From Lytechinus pictus (taxonomy: Eukaryota): a stretch of DNA of 64,000 bases. The translations under genes and the position numbers were made by a program. Location: NCBI RefSeq assembly GCF_037042905.1, contig NC_087249.1:34410001-34474000 (forward strand). Direction: 5' to 3'. Shown piece after piece: positions 44,901-54,088 of the stretch (position 1 is its first letter; every line of letters begins with the position of its first letter). A model generated the notes under the pieces. That model made no database searches, was not told where the DNA came from, and saw only the letters and a program-made list of their open reading frames with translations.

Positions 44901-47900
44901 TATTTTGGGGGAGTGGAAAGGACGGCAAATGACCATGTGCAATCTTACTGCAAGATCCATTTCTTTAAGGCAAACAAGAACTTGGTCACTACTCTGCTAC
45001 TACATGAATATGTGGGGGTAAATAACCTACAATGTATAGTATATTAAGTCAGATTTGAAAATAATTATTTATATACTATGTACTCATCTCATAACTACAC
45101 TGAACATTAGTATAAGTCACAAGTGGAAAAAGCAAGCCATCTTCTCTTTACAGTTCTAACTCTGTCCTGAGTGGTGTTTCATGAATGGTTTTAATGCATA
45201 ACAGATAACCTGCTGAAATTGACAGAGCCCCCAGCCTTTTGCACAGAGGAAAGCCAAAATATGCTGATATCAACATAATAATCAAAACCGAAAAAAGCTT
45301 AAATCAGCTAAAAAGCTGAAATCTCACAGCCATGTAAAGCTCAAATCCACTATCGAAAAAAAAAAAAATTACAATCGCTTGAATTATCAAAATTTATTCA
45401 TTTATTATTATTTATTTATTTGAATTTATTTATACAGGATAAAAACATGATCAGCACAGCTGTTTGACATCATGGTCATGATACAACATGTTAAAAAATT
45501 GAATATGTATAACAGTATATAAAAAAATTCATCAAATAGATAAAAATAACAAATACAATTTAACAAAGTAACTAGGGAATTCATGATATAAAACTACAAA
45601 AAAAATATAGTAATCTAAAAGAATTAAAAGTTAAAACAAAGTATATATCAATAATTCACTAAAAAAAATATGTAGAAATGAGACAAAATTAATATTCAGG
45701 AGGTAACAATTGATAAAAGAATAAAAATGACATTAGTTAAAAAAGGCAGCTTTATATACACGTTTAAAAGATTGCAGGGATTGGATATTTTCCGTTGATG
45801 TTGGCAAAGAGTTCCAGACCTTTATAGCAGCATATTTGGATGAGAGTTTAAAAATTTCCTTATTGGGTTTTGGCAAGACTGCGTTTAAGGAGTTGTAATT
45901 TCTAGTATTGATACCATGTCTGTCAAAATACATTTCAATTTCATTACAGTCTAGAATGTGCAAGCCCATTAATGCATTGATATGCTAATATACTAAAAAA
46001 ATAGTCACATCTTTTTTTCAAAAGGCTGCCACTTTAATTCCTTGAATAGATCGGCGCTACTTACAGAAAAATCGAATTGTTTGGTAATAATGCGGGCTGC
46101 TCTTTTTTTAAGTTTATGGATATAAGGTTTCTGTTTTTTTCAGAACAATTACCCCAAACTGAACAACCATAGTCAATGCATGGTTGTATAGTAGATTTGT
46201 TCAATATATTGAACAATTGCTTATTTAGTATAGAACTTAAACGCCTTAGTGCATGTACTTTAAACGATAATGATCTGCAAAGTTTTTTGACATGATTTTC
46301 CCACAAAAGATTACAGTCAACTTCAACACCCAAATATCAAACACTGTTCACTTGTTTCAATTCAATTCCATCAAGTTCAACTCTAAGCTCTCCTCGACTT
46401 CTTGATTTACGAGAAGAGATGAGCATGATATTAGTCTTTGAAGCATTTATCTGAAGACGGTCTTCAGTATACCAGGCGTTGATACTATTCATACAATTTT
46501 GTAAATTTTCTTCAATCTTGTTTAGTGATGGATCAGTATAATAAATAATAACGTCATCAGCAAATATGTTACAAGTCCCCTTAGAAACACTTTGGACTAT
46601 GTACAAAAAATTAAGTCCCCCTTTATTAAAAGAAAGAGAAATAATTGTTTCTCAATATTAAAGCACAAGAACAGGTCCACAGTCATTTGCTAACAAGCAA
46701 CTTTATGAAACAAATCCAATTTCATAACAATCTTAACATAATCGCTAGAGGGTATTCATTTGTCTCGCAATCTACTATGGTCAACAAGGAAATTTGTGAT
46801 CACTCTCGCAAAAAGTGTTCACTAGCTTTCTAGGACATTCGTGATCACTCTCGCAAAAAGTGTTCACTAGCTTACAAGTTCACGAGCTTTCGAGTGCCGC
46901 TGCAACTCTTTATCAAGTGACGAAAATTATCTGATAACGTATTCTATTTATACCAGTCCCCAGGACCGTACGCACGAACGCGGGAACAATAGGTGGGCAC
47001 TGATCTGTTGTGTGATTGGTCGGGCGTTTCACCAATCAGTGCGTCATTGTACGGTGCGGCCGGTGATCCGTATATGCAAATAAGCCTGAGGTATATGCAA
47101 ATACGCCGTGAGTCGGCAATATGCAAATAAGACAAAATTGGCGGGCTCGCTAGTTTCCCGTGGATGGGGGTTGACTAGCTGAGCGGTCTCTCGATCGGGG
47201 CCGGGAACGATCGGGTCGGCGTGCACTGCCAGGTAAGGGGGTATTGTGCTGTCCGATGGTTCGCATCCAGAAATCGGGGATGTCGATCCCGCTGTCTCTG
47301 TTGAAGTTGTTAGGACAAAGACGTATACTAATAGCCTCCTTAACCCTGCGTGTATACCAATGTCTCTCTTTGGCAATGCAATGTACACCCTCCCAATCTG
47401 GGTGGTGTTGCTTATCCCAAGCATGTTCTGCCACCGCGGATGTGTCGGTTTGCTGTAACTGAACATCGCGCTTGTGTTCAGAAATGCGTTCAACTATCGG
47501 TCGGGCTGTTTCACCAATTTCAGACCCTTCACATCCCTGGCAAGGAATGTTGTTTACTACGCCATCATGTCTGTGATCAGGGATGGGGTCTTTGGGGTGT
47601 ACAAGCTGTTTGTGTAGGGTGGTGTCCAAGCGGAAAACCGTTCGGATACCGTGACCTTCTAATCGGCGTTTGAGTTGTGGTGAAAGACCAACTATGTATG
47701 GCAAGACTGTGCAAGTCTTGAAAACCTTCTGATCCCTTGGCGGATGTTTCTTCTTGAAAGTGTTCTCGATAAAACGGCGTGGGTAGCCGTTACTGTATAA
47801 GGCGCCACGTATGTGTGCTCTTTCTTTCGGGAGTTCAGGTGGGTAGCCGTTACTGTATAAGGCGCCACGTATGTGTGCTCTTTCTTTAGGGAGTTCAGGT

Positions 47901-50900
47901 GGGTGATTTATAATCTTAACATACATTGAAACAAACTGATTTAATAAGATGTACACCCTGTATAATGAACTCAAACGTCACACTGATAATAATGAGAACT
48001 TTGTAAATAAATAAAAAACAAATATTAAGAAAGAGCAAACTGAATGAATTCTTAATTGCATGCTGTCAAAATAATCAATGCTACTGGCATGACAATATCT
48101 GAAATATGATGCATGTTCAACTTCTGAAATTTTACATAATGTACCTTTCATTATAAATCTAATAATATCACCCAATGATAAAAAAAACCCACAACCATTG
48201 ATGCCAAAAATATGATCCCCTCTATCTCTAGACCCCCTGTGCAATACATCAACACCCTTCTTTTTAAAGATATTGTTTAATTTTGTTTTTATTTTCTTTC
48301 ATTTCAAATGTTACACATAGTTTTCCCATACTGTCACCAATTATGGGCAATATGAAGTGTTAACACACATCACAACATAAAATCTAAATTCATATTCAAT
48401 TGTAAAAGTTGGCAGCCTCAATACAGATATAATTTAAATAAAAAGATTAGTTTAAACAGTAAATAAATAAAGCTATTTGAGCAGAGATTTCTTTGTTAAA
48501 GAGAAAATAAAGATCAGTGTTTAGTCCAAAAGAAAAAAAATACACAGTATAAAACTAAACATAATTTTTGAAACCATCATCTATAAGTTTATTCAAGGCT
48601 CCACATTAACTTTTTTTGGCGGTGGCCCGTTCGGGCCACCAAAACCTTCAAATAATTTTTTTTGGTGGCCCGATATTAAAGTTTGGTGGCCCAAAAAAAT
48701 ATAAAGAAAAACATTAATTAAAAATGAATAAAACAAACTTCTTAAATATCAATTCTGCAGCCACTACCACTAAGTACTTTCACTTTGTACATCTTGTATA
48801 TAAATCTTGTTTGCTGTTATTTTACTTTGCTAATTGATTTGTGGTAATATATAAATTGTTCCATCATTGTAAATATGAAATGATTGAAAGAGAATAAAAG
48901 AATTGTATTGTTCCCAGGTTGTGTGGACTTTTTTTTAAATCTCCGTATAGACACACACTCATAATAGTAAAGTAAATAAATAGTGCATAGCAAACTCAGA
49001 TAGATGTACAAAACAATGATTTTTCCCTTCTTCCTTTTTTAATCCTAAAACCTACATGAAGATTATGCAGGCCCCAAATCCAGTTATTTTCTCTTTTCCA
49101 GCATAATATAGCAGGAGAAAATCACAGAAAAATATGCTGCATTCAGATCAATGCATAAAAGGGGGAAACATACAAAAATAATTTTTAGAATAGTATATTG
49201 AAAAAAGAAAACCAAAATAATAAAATAAATAAGTGAAATAAAACAAAAGAAAGAAAAGGGAGAAAGAAAAAACAAAGAACAGGGAAAAAAAAAATCTAGA
49301 GAAAAAAACCAAAAGAAAATGAAAGAAAAATTATTATTATTAATATTATTTTTCAGTAGAAATATATTCTTTAATCAGGCATATTCAATGGGAAGGGGTA
49401 TAAATGGTTTAACCACTGTAAAAAAAAATGAAAGAAAAAAAAAAAGAAAACGGCAAGTTATATCTGAAAAAAAAAACAGTGTGAGAAAAGTGAAAAGTCC
49501 TCCCCTATATTTGCCAAAATGTTGGAAAATTAACATTTCATATCAATGAAATGCCTTCCCAAAGTATTTACTTCCTCAAGAGTGGTTTAAGAAGTCATTT
49601 ATAACAAGAAAGAAACTTTTTGTTTATTTTTTACTAGAAAAGACACAGCTTCGAAAGAAACCACGTGGGACTGTGATGTACTCACCTATGTGTTTTATGT
49701 GTATTAATGCATTTGGAAATCGGTCTTTTTGAGTCAAAAGAGAGGTCATAATTCTTCTTTTTAATGCTTGCAAATAAACAGGCTACACCAGATTTTAGTA
49801 ATATGGACTGTAGAAGGGCATTTCATTGGTGTAAAATGTGACTTTGACATAGATTTTCAAAGTTCTGTGGAAGATTTCTTAGCAGCAACATTTTGTATCG
49901 CAGCTCCCTAAGTCTGAATAGTCTGCTAGCGCACAGCTAGCTGCAGTGGTTTCATGCATGCAAAGCTCACGCCAGACGGCCAGCACGGCCGGCTGGATAA
50001 TAGTTACTGTATGCTATAGCGGTAGGCCTACATACTGTCATGACTATGCAATCTTTGTGTGTAGATTAACAAAAAGGGCGCATGACGAATTGGCTTGCAA
50101 TTTGAACTGTAGAAAGTTGATAAATGCGTGTAAAATCGGGAGAAAAATTGCGCTACTTTTAAAATTATTGGTTGCCCGATTCGGGCCACCAAAACTTAAC
50201 ATTTTTTCAATAATGGTTGCCCCAGGTGAATTTCTGGTGGCCCCGGGCCACCGCTAATGTCGAGCCTTGGTTTATTGACACCAATGAGAAACAGGGGGTA
50301 ATCCCAAAACTTTTGTATTCCACTGACAGAAACATCACTATTATGAAATTAACATTCTTCTCTAAAGAATTAAAGGGAAGAGCAGAAAATATAGACAAAT
50401 ACTAGTGAACATTTGATAAAAATCCATTAAAGAATAAGAGAGTTATGAATATCAAAAATATTTCAATTTGTGATGTAATATGCAAGCATACTTTTTTGTA
50501 GAAGAGGGTCAGACATGATGTCTGATGGTATGTTCCACGCATGCATAAAAAATCACTCAAGTATATTTTGAGAAATTTATATCACATGACACAAGGTGGA
50601 TCTGCTCATCTGTGATAACACAAAACCAAAATGTTAAAATTCATAACTTAGTTTTTAATGGATATTCATCAAACCTTCACAATAGTTTTTTCTAATTTTC
50701 TGCTTTTATTAAAACCAACTATTGCCGGGGCAAATTTCCCCTTCAAATGAAATGTCTTCACTCAGATCTGTATTTGTTTGGTGGAAACAGCCTCAGGTAT
50801 CCAAGAAGCCCAAATTTGATACTAGCAAGGAAAATAGCCCCAAGGGATTGTGTTTAGTTTGTGCAAGAAAAGCAAGCAAATGTGAACTACAAAAACGTAG

Positions 50901-53900
50901 TTAAACGTGAAAACCGAAAACTTGAAAGCACAATGGGACAACTCTTATTAGTATTAGTATCAAATACTGTAGCATGCACTGACCTCAGCTGGAGTTCCTA
51001 CTGATTGTTCATTTGATTCCATGTCAGACTATAAATATAAATTATAATAAAAAAATATTACATAGCTGCTCCTATGGCATCTTTAACCCTAAATAGACTG
51101 GGCTATTTCAATGCCTAATAAGACTGGGTTGGGGGAGCTGATTTAGCCCCCCCCCCTTATGAACTCGGCCATTGATCGTGCAATCACGATAAAAACTGGC
51201 ACGCACATTAACCATGGCATAATCTACAAAAATATAAGATCGAATTCTGTGAAAAATCTCATTGCTAATTAATTATGCTAACTTATGCGTAAAATCAAAA
51301 GTTTGCTCTAATTAACAAAAAATGCCCCTAAAATGCTAATTTTTTGTTTACAGACTCTGAATAGGAATCTGATAAAATGTTCCTTAAAAATGTCAACATC
51401 ACATTTAATTTCTCATGTATTTTATTGTTTTCAAAATTTCTTTGTTTTTTTTTCATCTTTTTTTGTGTTGTTTTTTAATGGAAATTTATTTTGGCACTAA
51501 ACAAGATGAAATTAATTGATTTTAATCAGTAAAAGGAAAAATAATGATCCATTTATGAATTTTGGCTAAAAACACCAGTTGCATTGGATTTGTACACAAA
51601 TTTGCATTTTTGAGTCTGCATGCACTTATGAAATGTTGCACGATTTCGGAACCACGTACCCGGGGGTCGCAATTTTGTTCTCAAAAGTTGCGCAAGACTT
51701 GAAAGTAAAAAGTCCACAAGCGACGCAGTCAAAAAATTCGGGGTGGCGGAGTTATCCTAGAAAATGTCGAGGGAAGGGGCAGTCTTATTAGGGTTAAAGA
51801 TCATCAAAAAACCTGCAGGCAGGACTAGCTAGAAAATGGTCTAGGGGGCCGTTTCATAAAGTTATTTGTAAGTTAAGAACGACTGGTGATCCTTTGATAT
51901 TCACCATTAAATGTTCATTTATGATTATTCAGGACATAAGAAAGGATCACCAGTCATTCTTAAAGTCTCTCTTAACTTACGAAAAGCTTTATGAAACACC
52001 CACCAGTTCTGGGGCCTGTTGCAGAAAAATTGCGTTTAAACGCAAGTCAAAATGTCAAGCACAAGTCCCGAATATGGTGCTTCATTGGCTGACAATCAAG
52101 TTGCGCAAGATTTTTCTAGTTGCGTTTGATTGCAACTCTTTCTGCAACGGGCCCCTGGTCTTCTGAGTAGCATTTCAGGAAACATCTTGTCAGTGAGTGA
52201 TTTTCACCAACAAATTTGCTGTGAGCCAATCCGATGCTAGGTTATCAGTATCTTGTATCAGTTCTCAGTGAAATTCAGTATTGGTTTCTTGAAATACCCC
52301 TGAACATATGAAACAATTTCAGAAACATTTGATATCTGTTCATGCCAAATCAGTAAATAACTTGTCTTGTCTGCAGATCTCAGAATGACACACTACCTTA
52401 ACAATTGGCAAGTAAAAAATGAATTATTAGAGTCTTTATAGAGCTTGAACAGTGATTGGATAGCGTTATGCAGAGTATGATTTCTATGATCCAAGCTATT
52501 ATATTTGCTTGCTTTTCTGAGTTTGGTAAACATTTAACATTGCTACAAATCAATAAAGAATTCACATTTAGAATAGACTGAAACACTGAAGCACCAGAGA
52601 AAAAGACAATTCTTAGTGCACCGGAAAAACTGGTTTCCTATGTGTAAAAGTGAAAATATCAATGAGATTTTCTCGGTGTATTCTGATTGGCAATTATCAA
52701 TGGTCTTTGTCTGCTGAGTGCTTTAAAGTGTAAGTTTTGGATGTTTGAGTGCGCATTGGAAATCGTTCGCATTGTTCAATGGGAGCAGGCCCTGAGGTCT
52801 ATTAATAACAAGAGCTTGCAATTTCCTTTCTGAAGCCCTGAACAACATACCACATTTCATGCCACCCAACACTTGACCCTTGAGGTCTCATCCTATGCCT
52901 TCGTACAGCACCTAAATCAGCACAAAGTCAGCACCACATGATGCAAGTGAAAAGTGTTTACAGAGCATTGAGGATCGCCCTTACCTTGCTAGCCTGGTTC
53001 TTGACGATAGCCTCTTCAATGGCATCAATGGCCTTGGTGAACTTGGCCCCCTTTCCTGCCTTAGAGAGTGTAGCTTTGTTCTCTTCGTAATGCTTCAGAC
53101 TTTCCTCCTTCACCCAAGCACTAAAGAAAGAACGGTGAATTGATAGTAGCTATATATAATCTTGTTTATGATATGCATTGTATATGAACTGGGAGAGCAG
53201 ATAATTTTCAATGAAATCCTTCAATCAATCAAATCACTTTAAAATATTCAATTTCAATACATCAATACTGAGTTTCTATGGTAGAAACCATAATGGCCAC
53301 CATAAACAGTCCATAGATTCTTTATTACTTCTATAGAATGCTAGATTTTGTCTCCCTTATTCGTTATCAATTACAACAATAAAATTTTCAAACAAAAAAG
53401 TAATTATTTTTTACACATTTTAATAGTTTACTTACTGGTCTTCAGTACCAAAGAAGAAGACAAAGCGAACAGCTTTCTTGCCTGCTGGCTTCTTAACATT
53501 CTTCCATGGCTTTACAATCTGTAAGAATGAAAAAAAAATATATGAAATAGACTTGTGGTTTTCAAAAGGAATGAAAATAGAATATCCTGAAGGGGTTTCT
53601 AGTAGTTAAGCCTTAATAATTCCTAAGATCACATGAAATAGACGATTATGGCTATACTATCACAGGGAAAATGAATGAAATGAAGAAGGCCCCCTACAAA
53701 CATTAACTATATAAGGGGAAATATGCTACCTTAAAGCCATACTTTTTAGCAGAAGAGTGGGATATTCAGTTGAAAATATGACAAAGAATTTCAAAATTGC
53801 ATAAGGAACTGAAAAGAGTAATATCTGATATATAAATCTTGTCATACACATTGAGATTGATCAGACAATTACCTGTTACAAAATCATCTCAAGAGTCCAC

Positions 53901-54088
53901 AGTGTACATACAAATAGCATACATTCTTTAATGCTCTGTAGACTGTGAGGTGGTTGCCTAATCTTACACTAAAATGTTTAGACACTTCCTACTTATTCAC
54001 TCTATTCAATAATAATAACCATAATGAAGCAAAAAGGAAATTCATACTTACTCTTCCTGGCCATGCAGGGAAGCTGCTCATCTTGGCC
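5829..54088 (-). CDS. GLYR1: GLYR1/N-PAC/NDF orthologue (PWWP + AT-hook + beta-hydroxyacid dehydrogenase); 14 coding exons found, 5' partial
   Basis: Hand-spliced exons 54088-54052, 53518-53436, 53120-52985, 51028-50984, 44566-44441, 43956-43783, 40634-40486, 40197-40098, 10100-9990, 9369-9268, 8701-8539, 8128-7949, 6533-6409, 5903-5829. All have GT-AG boundaries and consistent phases, totalling 1606 nt (~535 aa). Motifs: [12 protein letters not shown] and FFGTEDHAWV (PWWP), KKRGRP (AT-hook), [40 protein letters not shown]. Confidence 0.95.
6181..6388. mobile_element. Harbinger-like MITE family A with partially duplicated end
   Basis: TIR GGG(A/G)GCGTTTCAT..ATGAAACGCTCCC and CAG flank; about 20 bp from a GLYR1 donor site. 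Confidence 0.75.
6409..6533 (-). CDS. GLYR1: GLYR1 exon [41 protein letters not shown]
   Basis: 125 nt; FxLxxxxKD motif. Confidence 0.95.
7140..7380 (-). mobile_element. tRNA-derived SINE
   Basis: Minus-strand A box TGGTCTAGTGG and B box GGTTCGATTCC followed by a core CTCGACCCAGGTG..AATGGG. Degenerate or partial relatives at ~10860-10990, ~39010-39060 and ~56746-56850. Confidence 0.8.
7949..8128 (-). CDS. GLYR1: GLYR1 exon with catalytic helix [12 protein letters not shown]
   Basis: 180 nt; Lys codon AAA at 8102-8100. Confidence 0.95.
8539..8701 (-). CDS. GLYR1: GLYR1 exon [33 protein letters not shown]...KAFYL
   Basis: 163 nt; FLEAPVxG substrate-binding motif. Confidence 0.95.
9268..9369 (-). 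CDS. GLYR1: GLYR1 exon [34 protein letters not shown]
   Basis: 102 nt; VDMST motif. Confidence 0.95.
9990..10100 (-). CDS. GLYR1: GLYR1 exon [37 protein letters not shown]
   Basis: 111 nt, AG/GTAAG boundaries; CDITF motif. Confidence 0.95.
10212..10662. mobile_element. Palindrome-rich MITE, 28-bp TIR, 3-bp TAT flanks
   Basis: TACCGTGTTTACACTTAATCGGCATTTG ... CAAATGCCGATTAAGTGTAAACACGGTA, with repeated internal palindromes ATCGGCTCGCGGTTC-GAACCGCGAGCCGAT. Confidence 0.85.
12831..13243. mobile_element. PIF/Harbinger-like MITE, ~65-bp TIR, TTA TSD
   Basis: AGGCCACCGCACACCTTACGACCCGACTGG ... CCAGTCGGGTCGTAAGGTGTGCGGTGGCCT, flanked by TTA on both sides. Confidence 0.85.
13253..13921. mobile_element. 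Non-autonomous DNA transposon, 29-bp TIR
   Basis: AGTGGGTTTTCGCCCAGCGTCGTACGACG ... CGTCGTACGACGCTGGGCGAAAACCCACT; internal ATG followed by a GTGAGT donor (~13543-13572) may be a residual first exon. Confidence 0.8.
15560..15871. mobile_element. MITE
   Basis: Ends GGCCCATATTCTG ... CAGAATACGGGCC. Confidence 0.6.
16370..16822. mobile_element. MITE with AAACTAGTTT/AAACTGGTTT subterminal repeats
   Basis: Imperfect TIR TTCTCAT..CTAAAACTAGTTT / AAACTAGTTTTAG..ATGAGAA. Confidence 0.6.
17005..17243. repeat. Tandem duplication, ~125-bp unit x2
   Basis: TGAATATC.CATTTA.AGGGACCT..AAGAAAATT ... TTCTCACTCATG occurs twice. Confidence 0.7.
17600..18012 (+). other. Probable non-coding first exon of the nested vasorin-like gene
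   Basis: Strong donor CA/GTAAGT at 18013, upstream (GT)n and relatively CpG-richer sequence; would splice to the acceptor at 20115. The 5' boundary is a guess. Confidence 0.45.
20186..21922 (+). CDS. Vasorin-like type I membrane protein (signal peptide-LRRNT-LRR-LRRCT-EGF-FN3-TM-cytoplasmic tail), 578 aa, nested antisense in a GLYR1 intron
   Basis: First in-frame ATG at 20186 (AAGATGG) followed by a hydrophobic signal peptide. LRRNT CPISCTC..VDCS; LYLNDN and LHLQSN repeats; [13 protein letters not shown]; [23 protein letters not shown]; FN3 [16 protein letters not shown]; [25 protein letters not shown]; PPPPY. Splice acceptor tttacag at 20115. Confidence 0.92.
   Translation: MAVVFTLFILKGIMLLVVLHAYVTHGKSLNGLLERREECPISCTCYNHTVDCSFMNLRKVPFNIPPKTKALYLNDNVIDKLDFGLLSRLSRLEELHLQSNKLEGITEKDVEFLPQLRIVDLRDNPLVCDCSLAHVMGRTLDDTKKFNVILGDTKCVAPMQNEKRQASDVLRKLDCRHRSRRGEMQCHPRYCLNGGTCIEGNERPFCECPDSFVGQYCERPNSDVVRIFLEDITVHSVKVSWRPPHHVDVEKYFVTFREQSPAADPKHFWTREDYYIFVRLIPGSFYQVCIIGYLSEDDTLDECCKEFATQPHPSQPGPGHPDHPDHPDPHFPATESRDREDVIHKAAVILGSIIGVCAFFIICLTLVYKFRSLSNTRNLDGRSPSPPIDDENEAETEISQAPGSENDAGRGVFVVSVPAPEQPAAQPENEVLETDTAMTDPIPINRVLHALQPPSSRGQQEAPSQNTVVLYRSENRNTVEDLSRDNPSGTAPFFIVADGNHYPLDPALSHVLCSAMSRSNVPRQPLPNEPPPPYSERAEDTQLTQVSIRNRTESDHLSNVTCERNLDASSVDTIEEDK
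25338..25790. repeat. 99-bp minisatellite, ~4.5 copies
   Basis: ACAGACCAAC starts at 25338, 25437 and 25536; later copies diverge. Confidence 0.9.
25923..26496. mobile_element. Kolobok-like non-autonomous element, TTAA TSD
   Basis: TTAA|AGGGATGCTCCAGGCTGAA ... TTCAGCCTGGAGCATCCCT|TTAA. Confidence 0.8.
26645..27116. mobile_element. MITE with GGGGTTAAG/GGGCTAAG subterminal repeats
   Basis: Ends TGCTTTT(A)ACACTGCA ... TGCAGTGTGAAAAGCA. Confidence 0.7.
28936..29107. mobile_element. Harbinger-like MITE family B, CAG TSD
   Basis: CAG|GTGGGTGTTTCATAAA ... TTTATGAAACACCCAC|CAG; related copies at 31038-31209 and ~51845-52003. Confidence 0.8.
29363..29775. mobile_element. Harbinger-like MITE (CTG TSD) containing a nested family A MITE (29593-29749, CAG TSD)
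   Basis: CTG|GGCTCCGTCTTACAAAGA ... TCTTTGTAAGACGGGGCC|CTG. Confidence 0.8.
30079..32068. mobile_element. 2-kb non-autonomous DNA transposon with GCGAGCGCGAAGCGCGAG repeats
   Basis: CAGGGGTGTATCCAG ... CTGGATCCGCCTATG, with TCTAAG duplicated on both sides; contains a family B MITE at 31038-31209. Confidence 0.8.
33535..35888. mobile_element. Sola-like non-autonomous element (4-bp AATA TSD) with internal ~395-bp tandem array
   Basis: AATA|GGGTCAATCCACGTCAAATCAACCA ... TGGTTGATTTGACATGGATTGACCC|AATA; repeat units start near 33593, 33987, 34380 and 34776. Confidence 0.8.
36479..37222. mobile_element. piggyBac-like non-autonomous element, copy 1
   Basis: TTAA|CCCTAAATAGACTGGG ... CCCAGTCTTTTTAGGG|TTGA; homologous along its length to 51087-51793. 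Confidence 0.85.
37911..37982 (+). repeat. tRNA-like head (SINE or pseudo-tRNA) within a repeat
   Basis: A-box-like TAGCTAAATCGGT and B box GGTTCGAGCCC; no convincing acceptor stem. Confidence 0.4.
40098..40197 (-). CDS. GLYR1: GLYR1 Rossmann-fold exon [33 protein letters not shown]
   Basis: GxGxxG dinucleotide-binding motif; overlaps ORF 39927..40214. Confidence 0.96.
40486..40634 (-). CDS. GLYR1: GLYR1 linker exon ending IKPTEK(K)
   Basis: 149 nt; its end resembles human ITPTDKK just before the Rossmann fold. Confidence 0.88.
42170..42728 (+). mobile_element. Helentron-associated (pearl/Tsp/DINE-like) element with ~150-bp internal tandem repeats
   Basis: About 3.5 units containing TGACCTTTGACCT, then a short (GACG)n microsatellite, a terminal stem-loop TCTTGCC..GGCGAGA and an A-run. 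Confidence 0.6.
42750..43376. repeat. C/T-rich minisatellite, ~23-27-bp unit CTCTACCCCTTACTCCTCCCATC
   Basis: Directly visible tandem array; explains the spurious Pro/Leu-rich ORFs at 42623 and 43018. Confidence 0.95.
43783..43956 (-). CDS. GLYR1: GLYR1 AT-hook exon ([10 protein letters not shown])
   Basis: 174 nt with a strong polypyrimidine acceptor; RGRP AT-hook core as in human GLYR1. Confidence 0.88.
44441..44566 (-). CDS. GLYR1: GLYR1 acidic linker exon (poly-Asp)
   Basis: 126 nt open frame [24 protein letters not shown]...GKKK, AG/GTGAG boundaries. Confidence 0.8.
45400..46606 (-). mobile_element. 5'-truncated CR1/L2-type LINE RT remnant
   Basis: Frameshifted ORF pieces [46 protein letters not shown]; (AATA)n-like tail near 45400. 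Confidence 0.85.
46790..47905 (-). mobile_element. Penelope-like retroelement 3' fragment (RT thumb + GIY-YIG endonuclease)
   Basis: ORF 47150..47974: [50 protein letters not shown]. Has a 60-bp internal duplication and a 33-bp tail duplication at ~46796/46841. Confidence 0.9.
46880..46920 (-). ncRNA. Minimal type I hammerhead ribozyme motif (Penelope-associated)
   Basis: UCAC-UUGAUAA-A-GAGU(UGCAGCGGC)ACUC-GAAA-GC-UC-GUGA: stem I UCAC/GUGA, U3-A8 core variant, stem II, GAAA, palindromic AGCU stem III, UC cleavage site. Confidence 0.7.
48594..50269. mobile_element. Non-autonomous DNA transposon (P-element-like CAAGG ends, 7-bp TSD GTTTATT)
   Basis: GTTTATT|CAAGGCTCCACATTAAC ... GCTAATGTCGAGCCTTG|GTTTATT; subterminal GGTGGCCC/GGGCCACC repeats. 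Confidence 0.75.
50984..51028 (-). CDS. GLYR1: GLYR1 candidate small linker exon [15 protein letters not shown]
   Basis: 45 nt, phase 0-0, ttatag acceptor and gtcagt donor; no homology support. Confidence 0.6.
51087..51793. mobile_element. piggyBac-like non-autonomous element, copy 2
   Basis: TTAA|CCCTAAATAGACTGGG ... CAGTCTTATTAGGG|TTAA. Confidence 0.85.
52012..52154. mobile_element. Harbinger-like MITE, CTG TSD
   Basis: CTG|GGGCCTGTTGCAGAAA ... TTTCTGCAACGGGCCC|CTG. Confidence 0.75.
52985..53120 (-). CDS. GLYR1: GLYR1 exon: [45 protein letters not shown]
   Basis: 136 nt, AG/GTAAG boundaries; PWWP C-terminal helices. Confidence 0.93.
53436..53518 (-). CDS. GLYR1: GLYR1 exon: [27 protein letters not shown](H)
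   Basis: 83 nt, AG/GTAAG boundaries; matches the PWWP core FFGTEDH. Confidence 0.93.
54052..54088 (-). CDS. GLYR1: GLYR1 exon: PWWP motif (W)[12 protein letters not shown]
   Basis: 37 nt, ttacag acceptor and gtaagt donor; begins in phase 2, completing a split Trp codon. Confidence 0.9.
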
